Notes: generated by a model not told the origin, from the sequence alone. Shown: positions 9,992 to 19,940, counted from the first letter of the stretch. The stretch: 64,000 nucleotides of DNA from an uncultured Verrucomicrobiae bacterium (GCA_963702845.1 OY969763.1:3008001-3072000); one strand, 5' to 3'. Made by a program: numbers and translations.

Positions 9992-10331
9992 TCAGGCAGT
10001 TAAAGCATGAGTGCCCATCAGGTCAAGCGGCGCGATTGGCGGGGTTTTAACGGATGCTCATGTTCGGAATGACGGCTGACGCTTCTTAAGACCGAAGTCC
10101 TGAAGGAAACAGCGGTGCAACTCCATTGGTTTTTCAGGCATGAGCCGGATGTTCACTTTTCAACGTTTGGCTAGACTGGTCACGTAATAAGAACAGGGAC
10201 CAAGGAAGTGGGAGTGGGGAAAGAAAAGTGGGAGATGGGAATGGGAAAAAAGGGAAACGGGTGAAGGGAAGAAAAAGGGTAAAGAGGGATCAAAAGGATT
10301 TGGGTTGCCGCTTGGGGTCGCGGCAAAGGGG

Positions 10332-10377
10332 AAAAAAAAGGCGAGCCATTGGGGTGTGGCTCGCCTTATCTTTTTTT
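10332..10377. terminator. Bidirectional intrinsic terminator
   Basis: A8, GGCGAGCCA...TGGCTCGCC stem, then a T-run. Confidence 0.8.
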
Positions 10378-10399
10378 AAAGGCCTAGAAGCCAAAGACT

Positions 10400-10436
10400 A
10401 AAAAGCCGCTCACATTTGTGAGCGGCTTTCGTTTTT
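10400..10436 (-). terminator. Intrinsic terminator of pnp
   Basis: AAAAA-GCCGCTCACA-TT-TGTGAGCGGC-TTT just past the pnp stop. Confidence 0.85.
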
Positions 10437-10451
10437 AAGCTGTTAAAAAGC

Positions 10452-12587
10452 TTAGGCTTTTGCGGCCATTTCTTTTTCTTTGTCTTCCATCGCGGCTTTG
10501 CGCGAGAGGCGGACGCGACCTTTTTCGTCGACGCCGAGGCATTTGACCCATATTTCATCGCCCATCTTGACGATGTCTTCGGTCGATTTCACGCGGAAGT
10601 TAGCGAGTTCGCTGATGTGGACGAGGCCGTCTTTTCCGGGGAGGAATTCGACGAAGCAGCCGAATTCTTTAATGGTGACGACTTTGCCGCGGTAGATCTT
10701 GTTGATTTCGGCTTCGGCGGTCATGCCTTCGATCTCAGCGCGGGCGACTTTCATGCCTTCTTCAGACACGGAGTAGATGTTGACTGTGCCATCGTCGTCG
10801 ATGTTGATTTCGCAACCGGACTCTTCAACGATGCGCTTGATGTTCTTGCCGCCAGGCCCGATCAATGCACCGATCTTCTCGGGGTTGATCTTCACTTGAA
10901 CAATACGCGGTGCGTATTTGCTCATCTCGGTACGATGCGTGCCAAGGGTTTCGGCCATCTTGGCCAGAATTTTGATACGAGCGTCACGAGCCTTTTCGAG
11001 GGTGACTGCCATGATGCTGTGCGGCAGGCCGCGGAGCTTCAGGTCGAGTTGAAAACCGGTGATGCCCTTTTCGGTGCCGGCGATTTTGCAATCCATGTCG
11101 CAGAAACCGTCTTCCCAACCGATAATATCCATCAACAGTTTGTGAGCGGAAATTTTGTCTTTGTCATCGTGCTCGGTGCAGATGCCGACGCTGATGCCAG
11201 CAACGGGGCGGATCATCGGAACGCCAGCGTCCATCAACGCCAATGTGCCGGCGCAAACGGAAGCCATCGAACTGGAACCGTTGGATTCCATGATCTCGCT
11301 GGTGACGCGGATTGCGTAAGGATAGGTATCGAGCGGTAGCATGGGCTCAATCGAGCGTTCGGCCAAAGCGCCGTGGCCGATTTCGCGACGGCCAGGACCG
11401 CTGATACGGCCAGTTTCACCAACGGAGTAGTTGGGGAAATTGTAATGCAGCATGAACTTCTTGGAAGTGTCGCCGCCGGTGTAAGAATCAAATTCCTGAG
11501 CGTCTTCGGTCGTGCCGAGGGTCGCAACGGCGAGCGCCTGGGTTTCACCGCGTGAGAAGACGGCTGAACCGTGAGCGCGGGGCAGCAATCCAACTTCGCT
11601 CCAGATCGCGCGAACGTCGTCAAAGCCGCGTCCATCAAGGCGCTTGTCCTGCTTCATGACGAGATTACGAACCGCTTCTTTTTGGATGTAGTAGAACGCT
11701 TCCTTGAGCACGTTCGGCGTTACTTTGTCTTCGCCGAACTTTTCCACGAGCTTCTTGGCTACGTCGTCGGTGACGGCGCGGACATTGGCTTCGCGTTCCA
11801 GTTTCTTCTGGGTCAGCAACGCGGGAATCATGCGTTCGCCGGCGAGTGCCTTCGCTTCTTTCAAAATATCTTCGGGCACCGGCGTCAGGACGATGTTGCG
11901 CTTTGCTTTGCCAGCTTTCGCAGCCAACTCGCGTTGGGCCTTGATGAGCGGGACGCACATTTCCTGGCCGAACTTAAGTGCTGCCATGAAATCGGCTTCG
12001 CTGATTTCTTTGGCGGCGCCTTCGAACATGACGACGTCGTTATCATTGCCGACGTAAATCAAATCCAAGTCGCTTTCGGCTTGTTGGGAATGGGTCGGGT
12101 TGGCGACGAACTGGCCGTTGACGCGGCCGATGCGCAACGCACCGAGCGGGCCGTCCCACGGGATGTCGCTGACAGACAGCGCCGCGGAAGCGCCGATGAT
12201 GCTGAGAATGTCGGAATCGTTTTCGCCGTCGGCGCTGAGCAGGATGCTTTGCACTTGGACTTCGTTGAACCAGCCCTTCGGGAAGAGCGGGCGGATCGGG
12301 CGGTCGGTGAGACGGCTGGTGAGGATTTCTTTTTCCGTCGGGCGACCTTCGCGCTTGAAGTAGCCGCCAGGGAACTTGCCTGCGGCGGCCGCTTTTTCGC
12401 GGTAATCAACCGTGAGCGGGAAGAAGTCCTGACCGGGCTTCGCATTGATCGCAGCGACAGCGGCGACCAGAACGATTGTTTCGCCGAGCTGAACGGTGAC
12501 TGAGCCGTCGGCTTGTTTGGCGAGTTTGCCGGTTTCGATATGAATCTGATTAGCCCCGAGCTGGGCTGTAACTTTTTGTGCTACCAT
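10452..12587 (-). CDS. pnp: Polyribonucleotide nucleotidyltransferase (PNPase)
   Basis: [41 protein letters not shown], plus KH and S1 domains. Confidence 0.99.
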   Translation of the reverse strand: MVAQKVTAQLGANQIHIETGKLAKQADGSVTVQLGETIVLVAAVAAINAKPGQDFFPLTVDYREKAAAAGKFPGGYFKREGRPTEKEILTSRLTDRPIRPLFPKGWFNEVQVQSILLSADGENDSDILSIIGASAALSVSDIPWDGPLGALRIGRVNGQFVANPTHSQQAESDLDLIYVGNDNDVVMFEGAAKEISEADFMAALKFGQEMCVPLIKAQRELAAKAGKAKRNIVLTPVPEDILKEAKALAGERMIPALLTQKKLEREANVRAVTDDVAKKLVEKFGEDKVTPNVLKEAFYYIQKEAVRNLVMKQDKRLDGRGFDDVRAIWSEVGLLPRAHGSAVFSRGETQALAVATLGTTEDAQEFDSYTGGDTSKKFMLHYNFPNYSVGETGRISGPGRREIGHGALAERSIEPMLPLDTYPYAIRVTSEIMESNGSSSMASVCAGTLALMDAGVPMIRPVAGISVGICTEHDDKDKISAHKLLMDIIGWEDGFCDMDCKIAGTEKGITGFQLDLKLRGLPHSIMAVTLEKARDARIKILAKMAETLGTHRTEMSKYAPRIVQVKINPEKIGALIGPGGKNIKRIVEESGCEINIDDDGTVNIYSVSEEGMKVARAEIEGMTAEAEINKIYRGKVVTIKEFGCFVEFLPGKDGLVHISELANFRVKSTEDIVKMGDEIWVKCLGVDEKGRVRLSRKAAMEDKEKEMAAKA

Positions 12588-12876
12588 AAGTAATGAGTGT
12601 CCGTTGAACCCGCTGTGCCCGGGAAATTTGAGAATTAAGAAGTAAGAATTAAAAGTTAAGAAGTATTTCCCTTTGACCCGGACGATGCAGTGGGATCGTC
12701 CCTACCTTCGTTAACCCTTAATTCTTAATTCTACCTTTTCTCTGAATTACCCAAGACCAGCGGGTCTTGTTTCTATTTGCGCGACTTGACGTTGAACATT
12801 AGACCACTCGCGCGGATGGCCCAACGAAATTTCTAAACGGGAAGGACCTGTTACGCAAGTCCTAGTATCAACTGCG

Positions 12877-12907
12877 AAAAAGCCGCCTTCTTTCGTCGGG
12901 CGGCTTT
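12877..12907 (-). terminator. Intrinsic terminator after rpsO
   Basis: AAAA-GCCGCC...GGCGGC-TTT next to the rpsO stop. Confidence 0.7.
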
Positions 12908-12911
12908 ATGA

Positions 12912-13166
12912 TTAATGGCGCAGTTTCAGTTTTTTCGTAATCGCCTGATAACGAGAGACGTCGGTCGTGCTCAAATAATCGAGCAAACGGCGGCGTTGAC
13001 CAACCATCATAAGGAGACCGCGGCGTGAGCTGTGGTCTTTGACGTTACCTTGCAGGTGCGTCGTGAGGTGATTGATACGCTCGGTCAAAAGGGCGATTTG
13101 CACGTCAGCGGAACCAGTGTCACGCTCGTGAGTTCGAAATCCTTCAATAGTCTTACCTTTTTCCAT
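12912..13166 (-). CDS. rpsO: 30S ribosomal protein S15
   Basis: [19 protein letters not shown] and [23 protein letters not shown]. Confidence 0.99.
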   Translation of the reverse strand: MEKGKTIEGFRTHERDTGSADVQIALLTERINHLTTHLQGNVKDHSSRRGLLMMVGQRRRLLDYLSTTDVSRYQAITKKLKLRH

Positions 13167-13215
13167 AATTCTTTGTGTCTCGAAACGAGAAGCAAACTAA
13201 CAAAATTGAGCGGGG

Positions 13216-13244
13216 AACATATCTGCAACGCCGGACCGTGTAAA
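13216..13244 (-). promoter_or_regulatory. Putative sigma70 promoter of rpsO-pnp
   Basis: Minus strand TTTACA-N17-TATGTT followed by a GC-rich discriminator CCCCGC. Confidence 0.6.
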
Positions 13245-13350
13245 GGGGGAATTCAGGTGTTTTCTGGGCAGGAGCATTGGGCGAACCACCACGGCATCAA
13301 GAAACCAAGACCGAAATGGTCGCAAAAAGGCACCAAAAATGTCGCGGGAA

Positions 13351-13421
13351 TGTTGCTACTAGTTGCTACAATTAGCTACTAGTCGCAACTGGTAGCGACT
13401 TTGGAATGTCTTGTTGCTACT
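13351..13421. repeat. Degenerate 10-bp tandem repeat
   Basis: TGTTGCTACT AGTTGCTACA ATTAGCTACT AGTCGCAACT GGTAGCGACT, plus one more unit at 13412-13421. Confidence 0.7.
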
Positions 13422-13624
13422 TCGTCAGGGTTTGTTACAACTTTTGCAAGTTGTTGAATTGCAAATGGTCGACCAGTTCAGAAGTCAGTTTTCGGTTAAG
13501 AAATGGTCAAGTTTTTGGCGTGCGGCTTCAGGACGGGGCGCGCGGTTAAATTTCATCATTTCAAAGAACGAACGGAGCTCGGGAACATAGCTCCAAATCT
13601 CCGGCGGCTTACTTAGCCACCTGC

Positions 13625-13652
13625 ATTATGAATGTTAGTAACTACCTGTCAA
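13625..13652 (-). promoter_or_regulatory. Near-consensus sigma70 promoter facing a non-coding region
   Basis: Minus strand TTGACA-N16-CATAAT. Confidence 0.55.
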
Positions 13653-13797
13653 GTTGTGTAGTTTTAGGTCATTGCTAGCGAGATTTCACGGGCTCGTTTT
13701 GCTGGCTGGAATGCTCGCCGCTTCCAAATGATTCGCCCTCCCCGACAATTCCGGAACGACGCTGGCTTATGAATACTGTATCCGGTAGTTAAAGCTC

Positions 13798-14346
13798 ATG
13801 AAGACTACCTGGTCGCTGGCGATATTGTTTATTGCGGGAATTGTTAATGGAGCGGAACTGCGCGTTTCTTCCAAAGAACTGGTTGTCGTAGTTGCGCCAG
13901 ATGGATGGAAAGCAACGAAAGATAGACCACCGGTCGCTACGTTTCCGTTCGAGACGTTTCGAATTGAACCGTCCGGCAATCGCAATGAAATTTGCCTGGT
14001 CACAGTTTACGATAAGGAGAAGCCGGAATTTTCAAACGCGGCGTTTCTTAAAAAACTTCTTAAAGGGGATTGTCAGCCTTATGTGAGTTCGGCAGATGTA
14101 CTTGCCAAGTTGGACGTCAAGGAAATGAAGATTGAGGGAGGCCTGGGCTTTTATGCAAATTTCATTGATCCCGATCTCGTGGGGAAACCGATCCAGAAAG
14201 GAAGGTACAAAACCGCGACGCCGATCATTGTGAGTATCAACTCGAATTACCTGATTAAGATCACGATGATGTGTGACGAGATTGATGGGGCGGATTATCG
14301 GGATGCGATGACGATGGTTAAGAGCATCAAGGTGAAGAAGGAATGA
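13798..14346 (+). CDS. Secreted hypothetical protein
   Basis: Signal peptide MKTTWSLAILFIAGIVNG; 182 aa. Confidence 0.75.
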   Translation: MKTTWSLAILFIAGIVNGAELRVSSKELVVVVAPDGWKATKDRPPVATFPFETFRIEPSGNRNEICLVTVYDKEKPEFSNAAFLKKLLKGDCQPYVSSADVLAKLDVKEMKIEGGLGFYANFIDPDLVGKPIQKGRYKTATPIIVSINSNYLIKITMMCDEIDGADYRDAMTMVKSIKVKKE

Positions 14347-14427
14347 GCTGGACCTGCGGGAGACGATTCCAGTTTGAGTAATCAGACTTTTTCAGCAGCC
14401 CTTTTCGGCTTTCATCGCGAAGGGATG

Positions 14428-15942
14428 TTAATAATTCGCCGCCGATGTCCAGAGAACGGGCGCGTTGTTCGTAGCCTTGCGAATGATAATTCCGGTGCCT
14501 GCTCCGAACACCGCGTTCGCGCCTACGTTAGCCGTCCCAGCGCCGACCTTGCGCCATGCGCTGCCCCAATAATAGTAAACAGATGATGCGGATTTATTCC
14601 GGCTCGCGACGGTGTTGTCGTACGTCAGAAGTTCATCGGTTCGGCTGCCCGGCAACAGGCTGGCGCTGAATGCACCGCTCGAAATCAGGCCCGAGTCATC
14701 GAGAGAAATCGGCAATGGTCGCATCAGTCCAACGGGGTTGTCCTGCGTATCTGTCGCATCGGTCAGGAGGGAAAGACTTAGCTTCGACGTCACGACGGCT
14801 CCGAGGGTAGTCAGAAAGGTGTTGGTGCTGACATTGTGGCGAACGACGAAATACGAGTTGGGCGCCAACACTTCATCGTTGTAACTGGTGTTTCCCTGGC
14901 CGACTTGTTTCCAAACGCCGGCATTGAAGTAATAAACTTTGGTCGCGCTCAAATTCATACCTTGATTGCTGGTGGCGGGGATCAGCACTTCGGTATTGCG
15001 ATTGCCGACGGTTGGCGAAATGTTCACGCCGTCGCCGTTCGGGAACACGGCTGCCAACGTCCAATAAGATTCGATCGAAATCGAATCGCCAGCGCCGGCC
15101 CCGGGGATGTTTGTGTCAGTTCCCAAATCCACACTGAACGAATTTGCGGTGTTGTTGGTGATGCGATAGAGGCGACCTTCGGCGGCACCTGAAGTAAAAC
15201 GCGCGCAATAGGTATTCGATTGCGGGCCGCCGGCATAGACGAACTGGCTGGATGCCCAATTGGGTGAACCTCCCGCTGCAACCACGTTCGCGGATACCGA
15301 GGCAACAATTGCCGAGATTGCTCCAGGTCGAGCGAAGGGAAGCGAAACGAAATTATCGGAATTACCAAGCAGCGACAGATTCAGGAATCCGACAGGCGGG
15401 CTGGAAGCGGTATCGGAATGCAATTGATAATAACGTTGCGTTACGCCGGTTTTATCAGAGAGCGATAACGAATTTGATTGCGCCACAAAGCTGCCGATCG
15501 TCGTCCATTGTGTGTCGAGCAGGTTGCTCTTGTATTGCCACGTGTAGCTCACACCCGCATTGACCGTCCAGAGAATGCTGATGCTGCCGTCAATACTGGC
15601 CAACATACTTGAGACACTGACGTTGATCGGGACATTGGACACAACGGTGGTCACGAGATTTGTGCCAACCACATTGGAAAAATCGCTTTCGTTACCCTGG
15701 GCATCGTGTGCTGTGGCGCTAAAATAATAAAGGCCATCGGCGAGCGAAGGCGTGGTGAGGGTCAATGAAGCACCGGCATCGATTCGGTTGGTGTACTGCC
15801 CCGGAGCCGGGCCGTAGTATACCGCATAACCAGCAACGGACGGATCCGGGCTGGGGTCCCAGGCGAGATTTAAAGACCGGGACGCCCACGCGGTCGACGC
15901 TGCGAAAATGACAAAAACGAGAACGAACTTTTTGGAGGACAA
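14428..15942 (-). CDS. Secreted FN3-like domain + TIGR02597-like protein
   Basis: Signal peptide; LAWDPSPDPSVAGYAVYYG...NESDFSN (FN3-like); PVGFLNLSLLGNSDNFVSLPFARP and YWTLAAVFP (TIGR02597-like, from recall). Confidence 0.75.
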   Translation of the reverse strand: MSSKKFVLVFVIFAASTAWASRSLNLAWDPSPDPSVAGYAVYYGPAPGQYTNRIDAGASLTLTTPSLADGLYYFSATAHDAQGNESDFSNVVGTNLVTTVVSNVPINVSVSSMLASIDGSISILWTVNAGVSYTWQYKSNLLDTQWTTIGSFVAQSNSLSLSDKTGVTQRYYQLHSDTASSPPVGFLNLSLLGNSDNFVSLPFARPGAISAIVASVSANVVAAGGSPNWASSQFVYAGGPQSNTYCARFTSGAAEGRLYRITNNTANSFSVDLGTDTNIPGAGAGDSISIESYWTLAAVFPNGDGVNISPTVGNRNTEVLIPATSNQGMNLSATKVYYFNAGVWKQVGQGNTSYNDEVLAPNSYFVVRHNVSTNTFLTTLGAVVTSKLSLSLLTDATDTQDNPVGLMRPLPISLDDSGLISSGAFSASLLPGSRTDELLTYDNTVASRNKSASSVYYYWGSAWRKVGAGTANVGANAVFGAGTGIIIRKATNNAPVLWTSAANY

Positions 15943-16137
15943 GGGTTCTGGGACGATTAAGGATTAGGCAGTAGTAGTGAAAAAAGAATAGCAGAGATTA
16001 CGTCGCTTACAACAAAAACTCATTCGCATATAAAGGACACCCTCATCAATATACCGGTGTTTCCCCGACCGCAGGCAGGTCGGTTAGAACGTTATTTACA
16101 GCTTCCGCGCGGGGCGGATATATCCTAGGCTCGACGC

Positions 16138-16854
16138 ATGAGTCGAGTGCCAGGGTGGCTTTTCATTGCAGTTTGTGCGGTGTGCCTCGTGGGTTGTACT
16201 GAGACGTCGGAAGCGCCGAATGACGAGCAGAATCCACATTTTCAACGTGCGCACGAAATGATCAACGCACAGGATTTCAAAGGCGCGGTCGCGGAATTCG
16301 AAAAGGTGTTGGAGAAAAATCCACGGTCAGCGGCGACGCATTACGAACTTGGTTGGATTTGTGAGAACGACAAGATTCGCGATTATGCCGCGGCGATCTA
16401 TCATTACCGAAAGCACATCGAATTAAAACCGGACTCCGAGCGGGCTGCGCAAATCCATGAACGCATCGGCGCGTGCAGGCGCGAGTTGGCGAACGGCGAG
16501 TATCCCCTGCCGACTTCACAAAATTTGCAAAAGGAAGCGGATCGGCTTAATGCCGAGAATCTGATGTTAAAGCAGCAACTGGATACGTTACGGGGCCAGC
16601 TTGCGATGGCTCAATTGGCGCTGACAAATCAGGCGATAGCGGTCGCGAACGCGCGGGTCGGCACAACCAGCGCGACGCGGGATCCGATTGCGCAACTGAA
16701 GGTGCCGCACAGTTATCAAATCCAATCTGGAGACACGATCAGCGGGATTGCTTCGCGGTTTAAGTTGAAAATTTCGGCGGTGCTCACGGCGAATCCGAAG
16801 GTTCGACCGGAGAGACTGCGCGTGGGACAGAACATTAATTTGCCGGTACAATAA
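16138..16854 (+). CDS. Lipoprotein with TPR repeats, coiled coil and C-terminal LysM
   Basis: Lipobox LVGC; TPR-like AVAEFEKVLEKNP; LysM YQIQSGDTISGIA...LRVGQNINLP. Confidence 0.88.
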   Translation: MSRVPGWLFIAVCAVCLVGCTETSEAPNDEQNPHFQRAHEMINAQDFKGAVAEFEKVLEKNPRSAATHYELGWICENDKIRDYAAAIYHYRKHIELKPDSERAAQIHERIGACRRELANGEYPLPTSQNLQKEADRLNAENLMLKQQLDTLRGQLAMAQLALTNQAIAVANARVGTTSATRDPIAQLKVPHSYQIQSGDTISGIASRFKLKISAVLTANPKVRPERLRVGQNINLPVQ

Positions 16855-16897
16855 TGACACATTGGCGTCCTGCTCGAGCGGGACGGAACTACGAACG

Positions 16898-17710
16898 ATG
16901 TTTTCGCGTATTACATTTGTGTTCCTCCTCGCCTTTTGGCTGGGGATGAACTTCCTGTTGTGGCGGTCGCAGACAGATGGCCATCAGCCGATGGGTAATA
17001 AAGTGCCGGTGGAAGTGGTTTGGAAAAAGATTTTGACGGCGCCCGACAATTCCTCTCTGGAAATTCTGCATTACAACGAGCGAATCGGGTTTTGCACGTG
17101 GTCCGCAACCATCGGCGAAGCGCCACGGATCGGCAACGGCCCGCAATCAGACGAGTATTTGCCGGAAGAATTAACCACGCAGGTGACGGGTTACACGCTG
17201 GGTTTGGAAGGTCGCGCGGCACTGAACTCGAACAGCGTGATGCATGTTGATTTTCTGGTGAAGCTTTCGACGAATCAGGATTGGCAGGAATTTCACGGTC
17301 GCGCCAACCTGCGTCCAAACACGTGGGACCTTTCAGCCAATGCAGCGCAACAGCGGATAAAACTTCAGGTCACTGATGACTCCGGGGTGTGGCAACGCGT
17401 GTTGAAATTTTCTGACCTGCGCGATCCCGAAGCGCTGGTGCAAAAGCTGGGCGGCGATTTGGACATCGGCATGCTGGGCGTGTTGATACCGGGCGGGCAA
17501 AATGGGCTGGTGGCGGCCGCCCACGCGCTGAAGTGGAAGGCTTACGCGGATACGATGCAGTTCGGACATTCGCGGGTTGGTGTGTATCGACTCGAAACAA
17601 ATGTTTTTGGGCGCAAGATATTTATATTCGTCAGCAAGGTTGGAGAAATCCTGTGGGTGGAGTTGCCGGACAAGATTGTGTTGCGGAATGAGGCGTTTGG
17701 ACATTTTTAG
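16898..17710 (+). CDS. Hypothetical membrane-anchored protein
   Basis: N-terminal TM segment; ~270 aa ORF in a run of co-oriented genes. Confidence 0.7.
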   Translation: MFSRITFVFLLAFWLGMNFLLWRSQTDGHQPMGNKVPVEVVWKKILTAPDNSSLEILHYNERIGFCTWSATIGEAPRIGNGPQSDEYLPEELTTQVTGYTLGLEGRAALNSNSVMHVDFLVKLSTNQDWQEFHGRANLRPNTWDLSANAAQQRIKLQVTDDSGVWQRVLKFSDLRDPEALVQKLGGDLDIGMLGVLIPGGQNGLVAAAHALKWKAYADTMQFGHSRVGVYRLETNVFGRKIFIFVSKVGEILWVELPDKIVLRNEAFGHF

Positions 17711-17807
17711 GTGCGCGGAGTTCAGCCCACTTCTCGCGAGGAACGCCTCGAGGATTTCGAATCGGTTTTCAGTGATTACGCTGCTGCGGACTAAAAGTCC
17801 GCACTCC
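17710..17807. repeat. Inverted pair of REP-like units (REPIN-like)
   Basis: GGTGCGCGGAGTTCAGCCCAC on the left; GCGGACTAAAAGTCCGCACTCC on the right (reverse complement GGAGTGCGGACTTTTAGTCCGC). Confidence 0.55.
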
Positions 17808-17867
17808 GGGGAGCTTCGGCATACGTTTCTTGCCGCGACATCATAATTGGTGCAGCTTAGGCGTCGC

Positions 17868-19802
17868 ATGATTTATCGCTTTGCAACGCTTGGGCTGGCG
17901 CTGGTTTTAACGTTGTCGGCTCGCGCGGTGACGTTGCCGCCAGAAAAGCTGCTCCCGAAGGACACGGTGTTTGTTCTCACCGCACCAGACGCGCCGAAAG
18001 CGTGGTCGACCATGACGAACAGTCCTTACGGCAAGATGTGGGCAGACCCGGCGGTGAAAGCGTTCAAGGATAAGTTCATTTCGAATTTTCAAACGGAAGT
18101 GCTTGCGCCGATCGAACGTGAGTTTGGTTTCAAGTTCGATGATTACGCGGGAATCGCGCGCGGACAATTCACCATTGCCGTGATTCAAAATCCGGCGGCG
18201 ACCAAGCCCGAGGACCGTTATGCGCGCTTGCTGATCGTCGATGCGAAGGACCTGGCCGGAAAACTCCGGACCAACCTTGTCGAAGTGAAGAAGAAGTGGG
18301 TGGATTCCGGAAAGGCCAATCGCACTGAAAAAATTCGTGATCTCGATTTCACTACTCTGATCACCACCACGAAAGAGCTATCAAATTCGTGGGCGAAAAT
18401 TTTTCCACCTAAACAAAAAGCGCAGCCCGCACCTGGCCCTGACGACGACGATGCGCCGAAACCTGAAAACAGGAAAATTGAAATAACCTTCGGCCAAGCG
18501 GACTCGCTTTTGCTGATCAGCGATTCGAAAGCGGCGGTCGAGAAAGTTTTGGGACGGCAATCTGGCGGGATGATTGGCGCACTCGAGGAGTCGCCTGCCT
18601 TCCAGGCCGATTACGCGGCGCGCCTGCGCAACAGTTCGTTTTACGCGTGGTTGAACATTAAAGCTGTCGTCGATGAGTTCATGAAGGAGTTCACGGCGCA
18701 AAAGGAACAAACGAAATTAGGTGCACTGTTTGATCCGACAAAGGTGGCGTCTGCGCTTGGCGTCAACGGATTGACGACTGCGACGTTCACCTGGAGGGAA
18801 GCGCCAGAAGGTATGCTGACGCAGGTTTATGTCGGCGCGCCCGAGTCGGCGCGGAAAGGTTTGTTGAAGGTTTTTGCGGCTGAACCAAAGGACTCCACTC
18901 CTCCTTCGTTCGTCCCGGCTGATGCGACGAAGTTTAATCGGTGGCGTCTGAATTTGTCGCAGAGTTGGACGACGCTGGAGAAAACGCTTGCGGACATCAG
19001 CCCGAGCTACGGCGGGCTGATCAACTTTGTTTTGGAAAGCGCCGGCAAAGATAAAGATGAGAAGTACAACTTTAAATCGGAATTGCTCAGCAGCCTTGGT
19101 GATGACGTTGTCGGTTATGAAAAATCGGCGGCGGCGAATGCTCCACTCTCTGATGATTCGGCGCCTTCGGTGTTTTTGCTGGGCTCGCCAAACCCGGATA
19201 AGCTGGTCGCCACGTTGAAGATCGGAATGGGCGCGCTGGCTCCGGGCGGAGCGCCGATCAAGGAGCGTGAGTTTCTTGGACGAAAGATTTACTCGTTTAC
19301 GCCTCCGGCGAATCCGAGTGTGAAGGACGCGTCGAAAGGCCTGACGTTTGCGGCTGCCAACGGATACGTCGCGCTTTCATCTGATCCGGACCTGGTTCAG
19401 GACTACCTGCGCGGCGCCGAAAACAAACCGAAGCCGCTGATAGAAACACCGGGACTGGCTGATGCGGCGCAAAAGGTCGGCGGTATGGGCACGGGGCTGT
19501 TTGGTTATAGCAATTCCGCGGAGCATATGCATCGGCTGATTGATCAATTGCGCAAGGATCCGACGGCGGCGGCGGCTTTGTTCGCTGGCAATACGAGCAA
19601 TGGCGCGACGATGGGCCTGACCTCGAACATTGATGATCCAACTGAGCAGGCGAAGCGTTTTCAGCAGTTCGCGGATTTCAGTTTACTGCCGCAGTTTGAC
19701 GCGATTTCGAAGTATTTTTATTTCTCGGTTTATTCGGGAGCGTTCAACCAGGATGGGTTCACGATGAACTTTTTCGCACCGACGCCGCCGAAATTAAAAT
19801 AG
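17868..19802 (+). CDS. Secreted hypothetical protein (DUF3352-like)
   Basis: Signal peptide followed by EKLLPKDT; 644 aa. Confidence 0.75.
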   Translation: MIYRFATLGLALVLTLSARAVTLPPEKLLPKDTVFVLTAPDAPKAWSTMTNSPYGKMWADPAVKAFKDKFISNFQTEVLAPIEREFGFKFDDYAGIARGQFTIAVIQNPAATKPEDRYARLLIVDAKDLAGKLRTNLVEVKKKWVDSGKANRTEKIRDLDFTTLITTTKELSNSWAKIFPPKQKAQPAPGPDDDDAPKPENRKIEITFGQADSLLLISDSKAAVEKVLGRQSGGMIGALEESPAFQADYAARLRNSSFYAWLNIKAVVDEFMKEFTAQKEQTKLGALFDPTKVASALGVNGLTTATFTWREAPEGMLTQVYVGAPESARKGLLKVFAAEPKDSTPPSFVPADATKFNRWRLNLSQSWTTLEKTLADISPSYGGLINFVLESAGKDKDEKYNFKSELLSSLGDDVVGYEKSAAANAPLSDDSAPSVFLLGSPNPDKLVATLKIGMGALAPGGAPIKEREFLGRKIYSFTPPANPSVKDASKGLTFAAANGYVALSSDPDLVQDYLRGAENKPKPLIETPGLADAAQKVGGMGTGLFGYSNSAEHMHRLIDQLRKDPTAAAALFAGNTSNGATMGLTSNIDDPTEQAKRFQQFADFSLLPQFDAISKYFYFSVYSGAFNQDGFTMNFFAPTPPKLK

Positions 19803-19820
19803 TGAGCAGCCAAAATCCGC

Positions 19821-19849
19821 TTGCACGAGGGGCCAAGCATCTGTAAGTT
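19821..19849 (+). promoter_or_regulatory. Promoter of tRNA-Lys
   Basis: TTGCAC-N17-TAAGTT with a GC-rich discriminator. Confidence 0.6.
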
Positions 19850-19864
19850 CCCCCGCTCGACTAT

Positions 19865-19940
19865 GGGTTGGTAGCTCAGTCGGTAGAGCAGTGCCCTTTT
19901 AAGGCATTGGTCGTGGGTTCGAGTCCCACCCAACCCACCA
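19865..19940 (+). tRNA. tRNA-Lys (anticodon UUU)
   Basis: 76 nt cloverleaf: GGGTTGG/CCAACCC acceptor stem, TAGCTCAGTCGGTAGAGC D-arm, CTTTTAA anticodon loop, GGTTCGAGTCC T-arm, encoded CCA. Confidence 0.98.

Noticed and set aside
10617..12503. Long plus-strand ORFs opposite pnp (similar shadow ORFs lie opposite SNF2, the AKR, fumC and the esterase)
   Set aside because: Antisense shadows of high-GC codon usage with no recognisable motifs.
13351..13421. Possible CRISPR array
   Set aside because: 10-bp degenerate units without spacers; no cas genes.
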